From positions 1,632,001 through 1,696,000 of the forward strand of contig CAWCKH010000004.1 of NCBI GenBank assembly GCA_963796055.1: a stretch of 64,000 nucleotides of DNA. The letters run 5' to 3'. The stretch comes from an uncultured delta proteobacterium (lineage in GTDB: Bacteria > Myxococcota > Myxococcia > Myxococcales > Myxococcaceae). Below are positions 18,788 through 30,331 of the stretch, one piece after another (positions within the stretch are counted from its first letter, which is position 1; each line of letters starts with the position of its first letter). Made by a program: the position numbers and the translations under genes. The notes below the pieces were generated by a model, which was given only the letters and a program-made list of their open reading frames with translations, was not told the origin of the DNA and did no database searches.

Positions 18788-20431
18788 ATGCTCGCTCTGC
18801 AGCTGGCTGCAATCCTGGCGGCCGCCGCCCCCCAGAAGCTGGATCTGGTCATCGAGCACGGCCGGGTGGTGGACGGCTCCGGGAGCCCCTGGTTCCGCGC
18901 CGACGTGGGCATCCAGGGCGACCGTATCACCCGCATGGGGGACCTGCGCGAGGTCCCGGCGAAGCTGCGCATCGACGCGCGGGATCACCTGGTCGCGCCG
19001 GGGTTCATCGACCTGCTCGGCCAGAGCGAGCTGTCGCTGCTGGTGGATCCGCGCGCCGAGTCGAAGATCCGCCAGGGCATCACCACCGAGCTCACCGGTG
19101 AGCTGGGCACCGTGGCCCCGGTCCGCGACGAGATCCTCGGTGGGGTCATGGGCTGGCTCTCGCTGCACCGGATCAAGATCGACTGGAAGGATCTCGACGG
19201 CTACTGGAAGCGGCTCCGGGCGACCCGCCCGGCGATCAACATCGGGACCCTCGTCTCCACCGGTCAGGTTCGCGCGGTGGTGATGGGCCAGGGCCCGGAG
19301 GCGCCCACCCCCGAGCAGCTGCTCCGGATGCAGATCGAGGTGCAGAAGGCCATGCGCCAGGGGGCGTTCGGCGTGGCCGCCGCGCTGGGGTACCCCCCGA
19401 CGCGTTACCAGACGACCGAGGAGCTGGTGCTGCTCGCCCGCTCGGCGGCGAAGTTCGGTGGGTTCTACGCCACACACCTCCGCGACGAGGGCGACGCGGT
19501 GCTCACCGCCATCGACGAGGCGATCGAGGTCGGGCGCCGGGCTGGACTTCCGGTCGAGATCTGGCACCTGAAGGTCGCGGGAAAGCAGAACTGGGGCCGG
19601 ATGCCCGAGGTGCTCCAGCGCATCGCCGCGGCCCGCGTCGAGGGGCTCGACGTCTCGGCCAACGTGTACCCGTACCTGGCGGGCGCCAACATGCTCCACG
19701 CCGACGTGCCGGACTGGGCGCTGGCCGGCGGGGTGTCGGCGATGCTCGGCCGGCTCAAGGACAAGGAGCAGCGCTCCCGCATCGAGAAGGAGATCACCGC
19801 CGGCTGGAAGGATCCCACCGAGCCCGAACGGGTGGTCATCCTCCTCGCCCTCTCCCCCGAGGCCAAGCGCTACGAGGGCAAGAGCCTGGCCGACGTGGCC
19901 AAGGAGCGCGCCACCACCCCCGCGGCGGCGCTGGTCAATCTCGTGCTGCTCGACGGGGGGAGCACCCAGGTGCTCCGCTTCCTCGCCAGCGAGTTCGATC
20001 TCCGTGCGGCGCTGCGCCAGCCGTGGGTGGCCATCGGCGTGGATGCGAGCGCCGACGCCCCCGACGGCCCCCTGGGGCCCGAGGCCACCCACCCGCGGGC
20101 CTTCGGCGCCATGGCCCGGCTGCTCGGCACCTATGCGCGCGACGAGAAGCTCCTCACCCTCGAGGAGGCGGTGCGGAAGGTCACCTCCGGCGCGGCCCGC
20201 CGCCTCGGGCTCACCGACCGGGGGCTCCTTCGCCCGGGGATGATGGCGGACATCGTGGTCTTCGATCCGGCGAAGGTGAAGGACGTGGCGACCTATGCCA
20301 AGCCCAAGCAGTTTCCCGAGGGCATCGAGTCGGTCCTGGTCAACGGCCAGCCGGTACTGGTGGACGGCATCCGCACCGAGGTCAGGCCTGGACGCCCGTT
20401 GCTGCATCCGGTGCCGGACGCGCTCCGGTAG
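18788..20431 (+). CDS. N-acyl-D-amino-acid deacylase (amidohydrolase)
   Basis: VVDGSG, APGFID, QGITT, HLRDE, HPRAFG, ADIVVFDP. Confidence 0.9.
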   Translation: MLALQLAAILAAAAPQKLDLVIEHGRVVDGSGSPWFRADVGIQGDRITRMGDLREVPAKLRIDARDHLVAPGFIDLLGQSELSLLVDPRAESKIRQGITTELTGELGTVAPVRDEILGGVMGWLSLHRIKIDWKDLDGYWKRLRATRPAINIGTLVSTGQVRAVVMGQGPEAPTPEQLLRMQIEVQKAMRQGAFGVAAALGYPPTRYQTTEELVLLARSAAKFGGFYATHLRDEGDAVLTAIDEAIEVGRRAGLPVEIWHLKVAGKQNWGRMPEVLQRIAAARVEGLDVSANVYPYLAGANMLHADVPDWALAGGVSAMLGRLKDKEQRSRIEKEITAGWKDPTEPERVVILLALSPEAKRYEGKSLADVAKERATTPAAALVNLVLLDGGSTQVLRFLASEFDLRAALRQPWVAIGVDASADAPDGPLGPEATHPRAFGAMARLLGTYARDEKLLTLEEAVRKVTSGAARRLGLTDRGLLRPGMMADIVVFDPAKVKDVATYAKPKQFPEGIESVLVNGQPVLVDGIRTEVRPGRPLLHPVPDALR

Positions 20432-20464
20432 ACCGCACGCTCCGGCGCCGCGCGCCATCGAACC

Positions 20465-22147
20465 TCAGTCCGGCTCGCCGGCTTGCTTCGGCTCGGGGAA
20501 GCGCCGGAACCAGCTGTTCGCGTTCCAGGTGGGTCGCGCGGCCGCCTGGGCGATGGAGACACCGAGGAGGAAGTTGAAGCGGGTTAGCTGGGCGAATGGG
20601 CGCCAGTCTCGATCGGGCTCGAACTCGTCCTGCGGCTGATGGTAGCGCTTGCGCCAGAAGGCGCGCTCGGCGGCCAGCTGCTCCGGGTCGAGCCCGGCGA
20701 CTCCGTTGAAGGTCTGCGCCGCGGGGATGCCTTTCTTCACGAAGTTGAAGTTGTCCGAACGGACGAAGTAGCTCTCGTCCGGCTCGGGATCCGGTGAAAT
20801 CTGAAGGCCGAGCGCCGCGGCGGCGCGCGCCACGTCCGCTCCCAGCGAGCTCTCGTCGGTTCCCAGGGCGACCACGTCGCGCAGGGGATGGACCGGGTAT
20901 GCCCCGTCCACGTCGATGTCGGCGACCACGTCCTGGAGGTGCACGGTGGGATGGCGGGCGAACCACTCCGAGCCGAGCAGCCCGCGCTCCTCGGCGGTGA
21001 CGAAGAGAAAGAGGATGCCGCGCCCGGGCGGATGGCCGAGGCGGGTGAAGGCCCGGGCGGTCTCCAGCAGGCTGGAGACTCCAGCCGCGTCGTCCGAGGC
21101 CCCGTTGTAGATGCTGTCCCCGTTCACCGGCCTGCCGACGCCCATGTGGTCGAGGTGGGCGCCGTACATCACCATCTCGTTCCCGGTGGGGGACGCCGGG
21201 TCGCCGGGCACGAGGCCGACGACGTTCTCCGAGGTGACGCGCCGGATCTTGCTCTCCCGGCGCAACCGGCAGCGCAGCCCGAGCGCGAATCCCCGCGGCT
21301 TGCCCTGCGCCGAGGCCTCCACCAGGCTGGCCACCGTCTCGGGGCGGCCGGCCTGCTTCAGCAGGCCCGCGAAGGCCTCGCTGCTGATCATCCCCGCGGG
21401 GAGGAGTGGCGGCGAGTCCTCGAGCCGCATCGCATCGAAGCCGTAGTACGCCGCAACGAGCTTGAACGGCGCGAGGGCCTCCTTCGCCGGGGGCCACACC
21501 GCGACCACGGCCCGAGCTCCCCGGCGCATCAGCCCGCGCGCCACCCGCTCGCTCTGCCCGTACACCGCCGAGGCCAGCGCGGGGAAGAAGTCCGGACGCT
21601 GCGAGCGAGGGGCGCCGAGGAAGGCGAGGACGATCTTGTCCCGCACGTCGACCTGGGCGAAGTCGTCGTAACCGTATTCCGGGACGCTGAGGCCGTACCC
21701 GGCGAACACCACCTCGCCGCTCACGTCGGTCGCGCCCTGGTCCAGATCCGTCAAGAGGATCATGTTCTCGAACTGGACGAACGTCACCGGGGCGCCGGGG
21801 CCGCCGCTGAACTCGAGAGCGCCGGACACCGGCGTGGCCCGCACGAACGGGACCCTCTGGAAGTACGTCCCACCCTCTCCCGCGGGCCGGAGTCCCAGCG
21901 CCTGCAGCTCGCTCGCCACGTACCGGGCGGCGACGTCGTACCCCGGCGTGCCCGGGTCACGTCCGCCGAGCAGGTCGTCGGCCAGGAAGCGGATGTGACC
22001 GGCGAGGGTCTCGGGGCGGACGCCCGCGGCGGCGGACCTCGCGGCGTCGCTGAAGCCGTTGGTGTCGACGGCCGGCGTGGTCGGCCGGGGCGCGGACGTG
22101 GCGCAGGCCAGGGTCATGCAGACGAGGAGGAGGGGCGGGAGTCGCAT
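20465..22147 (-). CDS. M28 family metallopeptidase (PA domain), probable lipoprotein
   Basis: LAC lipobox, AHLDH, YNGASDDA, TAEERGLLGS, RSD, YHQPQD. Confidence 0.9.
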   Translation of the reverse strand: MRLPPLLLVCMTLACATSAPRPTTPAVDTNGFSDAARSAAAGVRPETLAGHIRFLADDLLGGRDPGTPGYDVAARYVASELQALGLRPAGEGGTYFQRVPFVRATPVSGALEFSGGPGAPVTFVQFENMILLTDLDQGATDVSGEVVFAGYGLSVPEYGYDDFAQVDVRDKIVLAFLGAPRSQRPDFFPALASAVYGQSERVARGLMRRGARAVVAVWPPAKEALAPFKLVAAYYGFDAMRLEDSPPLLPAGMISSEAFAGLLKQAGRPETVASLVEASAQGKPRGFALGLRCRLRRESKIRRVTSENVVGLVPGDPASPTGNEMVMYGAHLDHMGVGRPVNGDSIYNGASDDAAGVSSLLETARAFTRLGHPPGRGILFLFVTAEERGLLGSEWFARHPTVHLQDVVADIDVDGAYPVHPLRDVVALGTDESSLGADVARAAAALGLQISPDPEPDESYFVRSDNFNFVKKGIPAAQTFNGVAGLDPEQLAAERAFWRKRYHQPQDEFEPDRDWRPFAQLTRFNFLLGVSIAQAAARPTWNANSWFRRFPEPKQAGEPD

Positions 22148-22200
22148 CAGGGGCCGGGAGACAACCATGGTCTGGTCCCCGGGCAATGCGCAGTTTGCAG

Positions 22201-23895
22201 TCAGCTGCCGGGTCGGGGCTGGAAGACGCTCCCCGGCAGCAGCCGGGGCCGCTCGGCGCGCTGGGTCACCGACAGCCCGAGGAGGAACTGGAACCGGGCC
22301 AGGACGGCGGCCGGTCCGTGATCGCGGTCCGGCTCCCAGTGGTCGGCGGCGCGGTGGTAGTGGGACTTGCGGTAGGCGGCCGCCTCCTCGCGCTCGCGCT
22401 CGCTCGCCCCACCGAGCCCCACCCGGGTGGCGGTGGCGGGGATGCCGGCGCGGAGAAAGCTGTACTGGTCGCTCCGCACCGCGAACGCCTGCTTCGGGTC
22501 GGGGTCAGGCCCGAGCGCAAGCCCGAGCGCCGTCGCCGCGCGCTGGGCATCCTCCTGCAGCGTGCTCTCGTCCGCCCCGAGTGCCCCCACCTCGTGTGGG
22601 TGAAACACCGGCATTCCCGAGTCGGCGTTGACGTCCGCCACCAGTGCCTCGCGCCTCACCGTCGGGTGCTTGGCGAACCATTCCGAGCCGAGCAGACCCT
22701 CCTCCTCGCCCGTCACCAGGACGAACAGCACCCCCCGGGCCGGTCGCTGGCGAAGCCGGGTGAACGCCCGGGCGATCTCCAGCACGTTGGCCACCCCCGA
22801 GGCGTTGTCCGAGGCGCCGTTGTAGATGGCGTCCCCCGCCTCGGGCTTGCCGATTCCGAGGTGGTCGAGGTGGGCGGTGAAGACGAGGGCCTCCCCCGCG
22901 GCCGGCGAGCCGGGCGCGCCGCGCCACAGGCCCACCACGTTGGCGGTGTGCACGGTGCGGAGGGCGGCCTCCACCCGGAGGTGTACCTGGGTGCCCAGCG
23001 CGAAGGGTGCGTGCTGGCGCCGCTCGGCGGCAGCCACCAGCGAGGCCACCCGCTCGGAGCGTCCGGCGGCGCCGAGCAGCGCGTCCGCCCCGGCCATCGA
23101 CAGCGACGCCTGGGGGAGCGCGTCACGCGGCGGGACGAGCCCGGCCTCGACCAGGGCCATCGAGCCACGCTGGCTGTGGGCCAGCTGCTCGGCGAAGGGG
23201 AAGATCTTCTCCCGCACGGGGGTCTGCACCCAGAGCACGCCGGCGACTCCCCGGGCCATCAGGCGGTCGAGCTTGGTGCGCGCCGAGCCGTACACCGCGC
23301 TCGGCAGGGGCGGAAAGAAGTCCGGGGTGGTGCCGAGCGGCGCACCCACCAGCACCATCGCCACCTTTCCCTTCAGATCCACGCCGGCCAGGTCGTCCCA
23401 GCGGTACTCGGGGGCCACGACGCCGTACCCCACGTACACCACGGGGGCGGTGACGTCGGAGATCCCGTCGCCCAGCGGCGCCCGGGCGAGGAACTCCCGC
23501 TCGAAGGCGAGCGCCGTGGCCTCGCCTCCCGGGGTGCCCACCTCGAGCCGCGCCGACCGGGTCCGTCCGCCCCGGAGCGTCATCTGCTGGAACCAGCTTC
23601 CGTCGTCGCCGGCGGGCTCGAGGCCCATACCCTGCAGCTGGCTGGCGACGTAGGCCGCGGCGATGTCGAAGCCGCGCTCACCGGGCATCCGTCCCTGGAG
23701 GAGGTCGTCGGCCAGGAAGCGGATGTGCGCGGAGATCGCCTCGGGACGGATGGCGGCCGCGGCATCGGCGGCCCCCGGGGCGATGGCGTCGGGTCCGTGG
23801 GGGCTCGACGGGGGGGCGCCTGCGGTGGCACAGGCGGCGAGGAAGAGGAGCGACAGCGCAGGAGGGGTCGCGCGGCGAGGCTGAGATCGGCGCAT
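22201..23895 (-). CDS. M28 family metallopeptidase (PA domain), tandem paralog
   Basis: LAAC lipobox, AHLDH, YNGASDNASG, GEEEGLLGS, RSDQ, YHRAAD. Confidence 0.9.
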   Translation of the reverse strand: MRRSQPRRATPPALSLLFLAACATAGAPPSSPHGPDAIAPGAADAAAAIRPEAISAHIRFLADDLLQGRMPGERGFDIAAAYVASQLQGMGLEPAGDDGSWFQQMTLRGGRTRSARLEVGTPGGEATALAFEREFLARAPLGDGISDVTAPVVYVGYGVVAPEYRWDDLAGVDLKGKVAMVLVGAPLGTTPDFFPPLPSAVYGSARTKLDRLMARGVAGVLWVQTPVREKIFPFAEQLAHSQRGSMALVEAGLVPPRDALPQASLSMAGADALLGAAGRSERVASLVAAAERRQHAPFALGTQVHLRVEAALRTVHTANVVGLWRGAPGSPAAGEALVFTAHLDHLGIGKPEAGDAIYNGASDNASGVANVLEIARAFTRLRQRPARGVLFVLVTGEEEGLLGSEWFAKHPTVRREALVADVNADSGMPVFHPHEVGALGADESTLQEDAQRAATALGLALGPDPDPKQAFAVRSDQYSFLRAGIPATATRVGLGGASEREREEAAAYRKSHYHRAADHWEPDRDHGPAAVLARFQFLLGLSVTQRAERPRLLPGSVFQPRPGS

Positions 23896-23945
23896 CGGTC
23901 CCGGACGAGCCTAGCGTCCTCGGCGGAGCGCGGGGGAACTTGCGG

Positions 23946-25448
23946 TCAGAAGCCCGGTGGGCGTAGCGCCCGGCGAGGCACCTCGGCCTCGACGAAGATG
24001 CGCAGCAGATCGCCGTCCAGCATCCCGTTGCGGGCCTCCTGGTGGAGGATGTCCAGCGCCGCGGGGTGGGGCACCGCCTTCTTGTACGGCCGGTCGGCGG
24101 CTGTGAGGGCGTCGTACACGTCCGAGATGGCCATCATCTTGGACTGCACGGGGATGGTCTCGGCGGGGATCTTCCGCGGGTAGCCCGAGCCGTTCAGCCG
24201 CTCGTGGTGGGCGTAGGCGATGTCCGGCACCCGCTTCAGCGCCCGGGTCCAGGGAATCTGCGAGAGGAAGCGGAAGGTGTGGGTGACGTGGCTCTCGATC
24301 TCCAGCCGCTCGTCGGCCGAGAGCGACCCCCGGGGGATGCTCAGCCGCTCCACCTCGCGGGGGAGGAGGAGGGGACGCTCGGTTTCGCGCTCGTCGCGGA
24401 AGTGCTGGCGGCCCAGGTCGGTGAGCCGCTCGAACCCGCCGGAGGGCAGGACGGTGGGGCGGTTGCACGCAAGAATGAACTCCAGGGTCTCGTCCAGCTC
24501 GCGCAGCTCGGCTCCGAGCCGCTCGGCCTCCTCCCGCTCGACCGAGGCCTGGAGCTTCCCCTCCCGGGCGGCCTCCAGGCGGCGCTCCGCGCTCCGCAGC
24601 TGCCGGTCCTTCCGTGCCAGGGCGAACCGGGCGCGCAGCACGTCGAGCTCCTGGGGGTAGAGCTTCTCCGCCTTCACCAGGACGTGCTCGCGGACGCCCA
24701 CCTTGCCGAAGTCGTGGAGCAGGGACGCGTAGCGCATCTCCTGGACGTCCTGAAGGCCGAAGCGGAGGCGGGCATAGGGCCCGGTGCCCTGGTGCTCCAG
24801 CGCCGAGGCCAGTCCGACGGTGAGCGCGGCCACGCGGCCGGAGTGACCGGCGGTGGTCGGGTCGCGCGACTCGATGGCGACCACCGAGGCGGAGACGAAG
24901 CCCTCGAAGAGGCGGTTGATCTCGTCGTGGAGGAGCGCGTTCTCGATGGCGCCCGCCGCCTGACCGCCGAGGGCCAGGAGGAGCTCGGCGTCCTCGTCGG
25001 TGAAGACGCCCGCGTGCTTGTTGAGCGCCTGGAGGACGCCGGTGACCTCCCCCTGGGCGTCGCGCATCGGCACGCAGAGGATGGTCTGCGTCCGGTAGCC
25101 GGTCGCTGCGTCCACGGCGCGGTTGAACCGCGGGTCGGCGTAGGCGTCCTGGATGTTGATGACCTGACCGGTCTCGGCCACCGAGCCGGCGATGCCCCGG
25201 CCGAGCTTGACCCGGATCTCCTGGGCCGCGCCCTGGGCCAGCTTGCTCCACAGCTCGCCCTTCTCGCGGTCGAGGATGAAGAGCGTGCACCGGTCGGCGT
25301 TCACCACCTTCGCCGCCTCGTAGATGATGAGCGGGAGGAGAAGGTCGAGGTCCCGCGCCGCGGCCATGGCCTTGGCCACGTCGAGGATGGAGGTGAGCTT
25401 GGAGACCCTTCCGGCCAGGTCCTGCGGACTGTGAATGTCCGGGCTCAC
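23946..25448 (-). CDS. GAF + HD-GYP cyclic dinucleotide phosphodiesterase
   Basis: N-terminal GAF, GHSGRVA, LHDFGK, HHERLNGSGYP, DVYDALT..RPYK. Confidence 0.92.
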   Translation of the reverse strand: MSPDIHSPQDLAGRVSKLTSILDVAKAMAAARDLDLLLPLIIYEAAKVVNADRCTLFILDREKGELWSKLAQGAAQEIRVKLGRGIAGSVAETGQVINIQDAYADPRFNRAVDAATGYRTQTILCVPMRDAQGEVTGVLQALNKHAGVFTDEDAELLLALGGQAAGAIENALLHDEINRLFEGFVSASVVAIESRDPTTAGHSGRVAALTVGLASALEHQGTGPYARLRFGLQDVQEMRYASLLHDFGKVGVREHVLVKAEKLYPQELDVLRARFALARKDRQLRSAERRLEAAREGKLQASVEREEAERLGAELRELDETLEFILACNRPTVLPSGGFERLTDLGRQHFRDERETERPLLLPREVERLSIPRGSLSADERLEIESHVTHTFRFLSQIPWTRALKRVPDIAYAHHERLNGSGYPRKIPAETIPVQSKMMAISDVYDALTAADRPYKKAVPHPAALDILHQEARNGMLDGDLLRIFVEAEVPRRALRPPGF

Positions 25449-25524
25449 TCCGAGGACGCTACCCCAACGGCCTGCCGGAAGAGGGGGTCGGGTGGCCTAG
25501 CTGACTGCGGTCGCCCTGACCTAG

Positions 25525-27122
25525 GAGCCTGTAGGGCGTAGAGGTCAGGGCGGCGTGATCCGCTGGGCGGCATGAAGACCTGCCGCCCGTGGGCGCCGCT
25601 GCAGTCGTACCTGCTCCCGCCGTCGCCGGCGGACTGGCTCCCGGAGGGGCACCTCGCCTATTTCGTGCTCGAGGTGGTGGACCAGCTCGACGTCGCCGCC
25701 ATCGAGCGAGCCATTTCCCAGAAGGACCCGCGTGGGGAGCGCCCGTACTCGCCGCGGATGTTGCTGGGGCTGCTCATGTACGGCTACTGCGTGGGCCTGT
25801 TTTCCTCGCGGAGGCTGGCGCGCGGGACGTACGAGGACGTGGCGCTTCGGGTGCTGGCGGGGGAAGAGCATCCGCACTTCACCACCATCAACCAATTCCG
25901 GCTGGTGCACCGGACGGCCATCGCCGGCCTCTTCGTGCAGGTGCTGGAGCTCTGCCGTCGAGCCGGGTTGGTGAAGCTGGGACACGTGGCGCTGGACGGG
26001 ACGAAGCTGCTGGCCAATGCGAGCAAGCACAAGGCGATGAGCTACGAGCGGATGAAGAAGGACGAGACGCGGCTGCGAGGAGAAGTGGAGAGCCTGCTCA
26101 CCCAAGCCGACGCGGTGGACGAAGCCGAGGACGCCCGCTACGGCAGAGGCATTGCCCCCGACGACTTGCCGGCCGAGTTGCAGCGTCGCGAGACGCGGCT
26201 CGAGCGCATTCGGCAGGCCAAGGCAGCGCTCGAAGAGGAGGCCCGCGCAGCACGGGCCCGGAGACTTCGAGAGAACGCCGAGGGGCTCGAGGCGGACGCG
26301 CTGAACGCCCAACTACCCGCCCGCCAGCGCAAGACAGCAGCCACCCTCGCCAAGCGGAGCGCCGCTCAAGCGGACCTGCTCGACGGCGGACGAAAGGACG
26401 ACGATGACGACCCGCCCTCAGGCGGTGCCACCGGCCTACCCACCCATCGGGTGAGGGCTCACGTCGACGGCACTCCGAAGTCGAAGGCACAGCGGAACTT
26501 CACCGACCCCGACAGCCGCATCATGGAGAAGAACGGCAGCTTTCTGCAGGCATACAACGCCCAAGTCGTGGTGGACGAAGCCCACCAAGTCATTCTCGCG
26601 CACGGCCTGTCCAACCAGCCGCCCGACGTCGAGTACCTCGAGCCACTGCTGAGGGCCGCTGTCGCCAACTGCGGGGCGTCACCGGAGAAGGCCTCTGCGG
26701 ATTCGGGCTACTTCTCGGCGGAGAACGTCGCGGCGTGCGACTCCTTGGGCATCTCGGCCTACATCTCCGTCGGTCGCGACGCGCACGACGGGCGCATCAC
26801 CGACCCACGAACGACTCCGGCGAAGGACGCGATGCGGCTGAAGCTCGAGTCGGAGGAGGGCAGAGCCGTGTACGCGCGCCGGAAGGCCATCGTCGAGCCT
26901 GTCTTCGGGCAGATGAAGGCAGTCCGCGGCTTCCGTCGCCTCTCGATGCGGGGCAGGCAGAAGGCAGCGGGCGAGTGGGGCCTCGTTTGCCTCACCCACA
27001 ACCTCCTGAAGCTCTTCCGGGAGGCCTGGCTCCCGGCACTCATGCCCGCGTAGCGCCGACGGGCCGCCAGTCAGCCACCGACGGCGCCCGCGCCAACGAG
27101 AGCGGCTACGCCCTACAGGCTC
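25525..27122 (+). mobile_element. IS1182-family insertion sequence
   Basis: Perfect 17-bp terminal IRs (gagcctgtagggcgtag), CTAG on both flanks (25521-25524, 27123-27126). Confidence 0.92.
25572..27053 (+). CDS. IS1182-family DDE transposase
   Basis: LLPPS..WLPEGHLA, SSRRL, ALDGTK, NFTDPDSRIM, YNAQ, ADSGY, VEPVFG. Confidence 0.93.
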   Translation: MKTCRPWAPLQSYLLPPSPADWLPEGHLAYFVLEVVDQLDVAAIERAISQKDPRGERPYSPRMLLGLLMYGYCVGLFSSRRLARGTYEDVALRVLAGEEHPHFTTINQFRLVHRTAIAGLFVQVLELCRRAGLVKLGHVALDGTKLLANASKHKAMSYERMKKDETRLRGEVESLLTQADAVDEAEDARYGRGIAPDDLPAELQRRETRLERIRQAKAALEEEARAARARRLRENAEGLEADALNAQLPARQRKTAATLAKRSAAQADLLDGGRKDDDDDPPSGGATGLPTHRVRAHVDGTPKSKAQRNFTDPDSRIMEKNGSFLQAYNAQVVVDEAHQVILAHGLSNQPPDVEYLEPLLRAAVANCGASPEKASADSGYFSAENVAACDSLGISAYISVGRDAHDGRITDPRTTPAKDAMRLKLESEEGRAVYARRKAIVEPVFGQMKAVRGFRRLSMRGRQKAAGEWGLVCLTHNLLKLFREAWLPALMPA

Positions 27123-27503
27123 CTAGTGGCGCTCACCGGCCCCCGCGAGGCGGGCCACCTTGGACATGAACGAGGGGTCGAAGGGCTTCACGTCGTAGTC
27201 GTCCGCTCCGAGCTCCAGGCAGACATGCCGGGTGAACTGGTCCTCGATGGCCGAGAGAACCAGGACCTTGATGTCCCGGGTCCTGGGGTCGCGCTTCAGG
27301 GCCGCCAGGAGGTCTCGGCCGTCCACGTGCTGCTTGAGGTCCAGGATGATGACCGCCGGCTGGTGGCGGACCGCCAGTTCCAGGACCTGCTGCGACGTGG
27401 TGTCGGTGATGTAGGACAGGCCTGCGCGACGGGCTTCGCGGGCCAGGGCGGCCACGACGCCGGGCTCGTCGTCGGCGATCAGGATGGTGGGCTTCTCGGA
27501 CAT
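27123..27503 (-). CDS. Single-domain response regulator (receiver)
   Basis: ILIADDE, IILDL, VLSA, GADDYDVKPF. Confidence 0.9.
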   Translation of the reverse strand: MSEKPTILIADDEPGVVAALAREARRAGLSYITDTTSQQVLELAVRHQPAVIILDLKQHVDGRDLLAALKRDPRTRDIKVLVLSAIEDQFTRHVCLELGADDYDVKPFDPSFMSKVARLAGAGERH

Positions 27504-27705
27504 TGGACTCTCGCGCAGAATGGATTGGCAAGAACCACACCGACCCGTCATCCCAACCTTCACGCGGGGTTGAGTGTGAGGCCCATGGGTCACCTCGCAT
27601 GTGGGGGTCCGTCCGCACGCGGTCGTTCCTGACCTCGCCGGCAGGTTGACCCCTGGGGTGTCCATCGGTTACGGAGGGCGTCCCTCGACAGAGGGGTGTC
27701 GGCCT

Positions 27706-29087
<1,382 letters not shown>

Positions 29088-29324
29088 CTACGCGCCCTCC
29101 GTCGTCTGCCGAGGGTTCCGAAGTGGGACCACCGTACCCCCTTGGGCCGGCGTCGTCGCAAACCGGCGGATGGCAGCCGGGTCGAAACGAAGCATCCCTC
29201 CGACGCGGAGGGACGGGAGCTCGCCGCATGCCGCCTTGGCGTAGACCCAGGACCGAGACGCTTTGAGCGCTCGTGCCACCTCGCGCCAGGTCCAGAGCTC
29301 CCATTCGTCGCTCGAGATTCGCAT
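29088..29324 (-). CDS. Excisionase-like HTH (HTH_17) protein
   Basis: LWTWREVARALKASRSWVY..GELPSLRVGGMLRFDP; directly upstream of int. Confidence 0.85.
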   Translation of the reverse strand: MRISSDEWELWTWREVARALKASRSWVYAKAACGELPSLRVGGMLRFDPAAIRRFATTPAQGGTVVPLRNPRQTTEGA

Positions 29325-29362
29325 CGGGGACCTCCAGCCCTCCCGAGAGGAGAGGCCTTGTC

Positions 29363-29695
29363 CTAGCGGCCTCGGCGGGCACTGCCAGCCGAGCTCTTGG
29401 TCGTCGAGCCAGGCTTGTCGCGGAGGGCCTCATAGCGGCGCAGCAGCAATTCCTGGACGTAGCCGAGGATGTTGAGCTTCTTGGTCTTCATCTCGGCCTC
29501 CAGCACGTCGACGACGTATTGCGGCAGCCGAAAGCAGGTTCGTAGCTGAACAAGGACCTCTCGGACTGCCTCGGCGCTGTACGAGACGCCCAGGGCCGGT
29601 TTCAGGACCTCCTGGACGAAGTAGAGGTCCTCGGACGGGACCTTGACGTTGAGCGGCTGGAGCGCCTCGTCCTTCGGGAGCGGCGTCTTGCCCAT
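29363..29695 (-). CDS. Small putative DNA-binding (RHH-like) regulator
   Basis: MGKTPLPKDEALQPLNVKVP..AEAVREVL; first gene of the apparent xis-int operon, TTGACA promoter upstream. Confidence 0.6.
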   Translation of the reverse strand: MGKTPLPKDEALQPLNVKVPSEDLYFVQEVLKPALGVSYSAEAVREVLVQLRTCFRLPQYVVDVLEAEMKTKKLNILGYVQELLLRRYEALRDKPGSTTKSSAGSARRGR

Positions 29696-30331
29696 ATTTT
29701 CAATAGAATCCAAATAGAACCCCGTTGTCAAACACGGGCGGTCGTCGAGTGGTGAAGCGGGGAACGAGCCGTCTCCGGCTGGCATGTGGTCGTCCGCGAC
29801 GTTCCCGGCCTCCCCGTCGGCACGTGCTGCGCCGTGGCGGTCGTCTTTCGCTGCTCCACCGCCAGCCACAGCGCATGTTCGTCCTCTCGGAAAGCGGCCG
29901 TCCGCCGGGTGAGCTTCACCCATTCGCGTCAGGGGCGTGGTGGCCGAGCAAGCACCTCAAGCCCACGACCTTCCGGGCTGACGTCTACCCCTATTTGCGC
30001 TGCGGAGGCTCGCGGCTCGTCGTCGCAGTCGTCCTCTGGTCCTCGACGGCCCAGCCCATCGTCGGTGCACCTGCGCCTCCGTCCAGGCTCCTCCCTCCCG
30101 CCCCGGCCACCTTCGCTTCCGCAGCTCGGCTTCCCCGCCTCGGTGACCCCACTCCAGCGTCCGGAACGCGCCTTCCTGTGCCGCCTCCCGTTTACGACTT
30201 CACGCCACCCCCGGTAGACGTCATGTCAACCCCGTCACCATCATCCATCCAGATTCTCACCCGCTCGTTCGCCTTCGCTGCCGATCTCCTGCTCCCTCGC
30301 CCACCACGATCTGTTACCCATGTCTTGTCCC

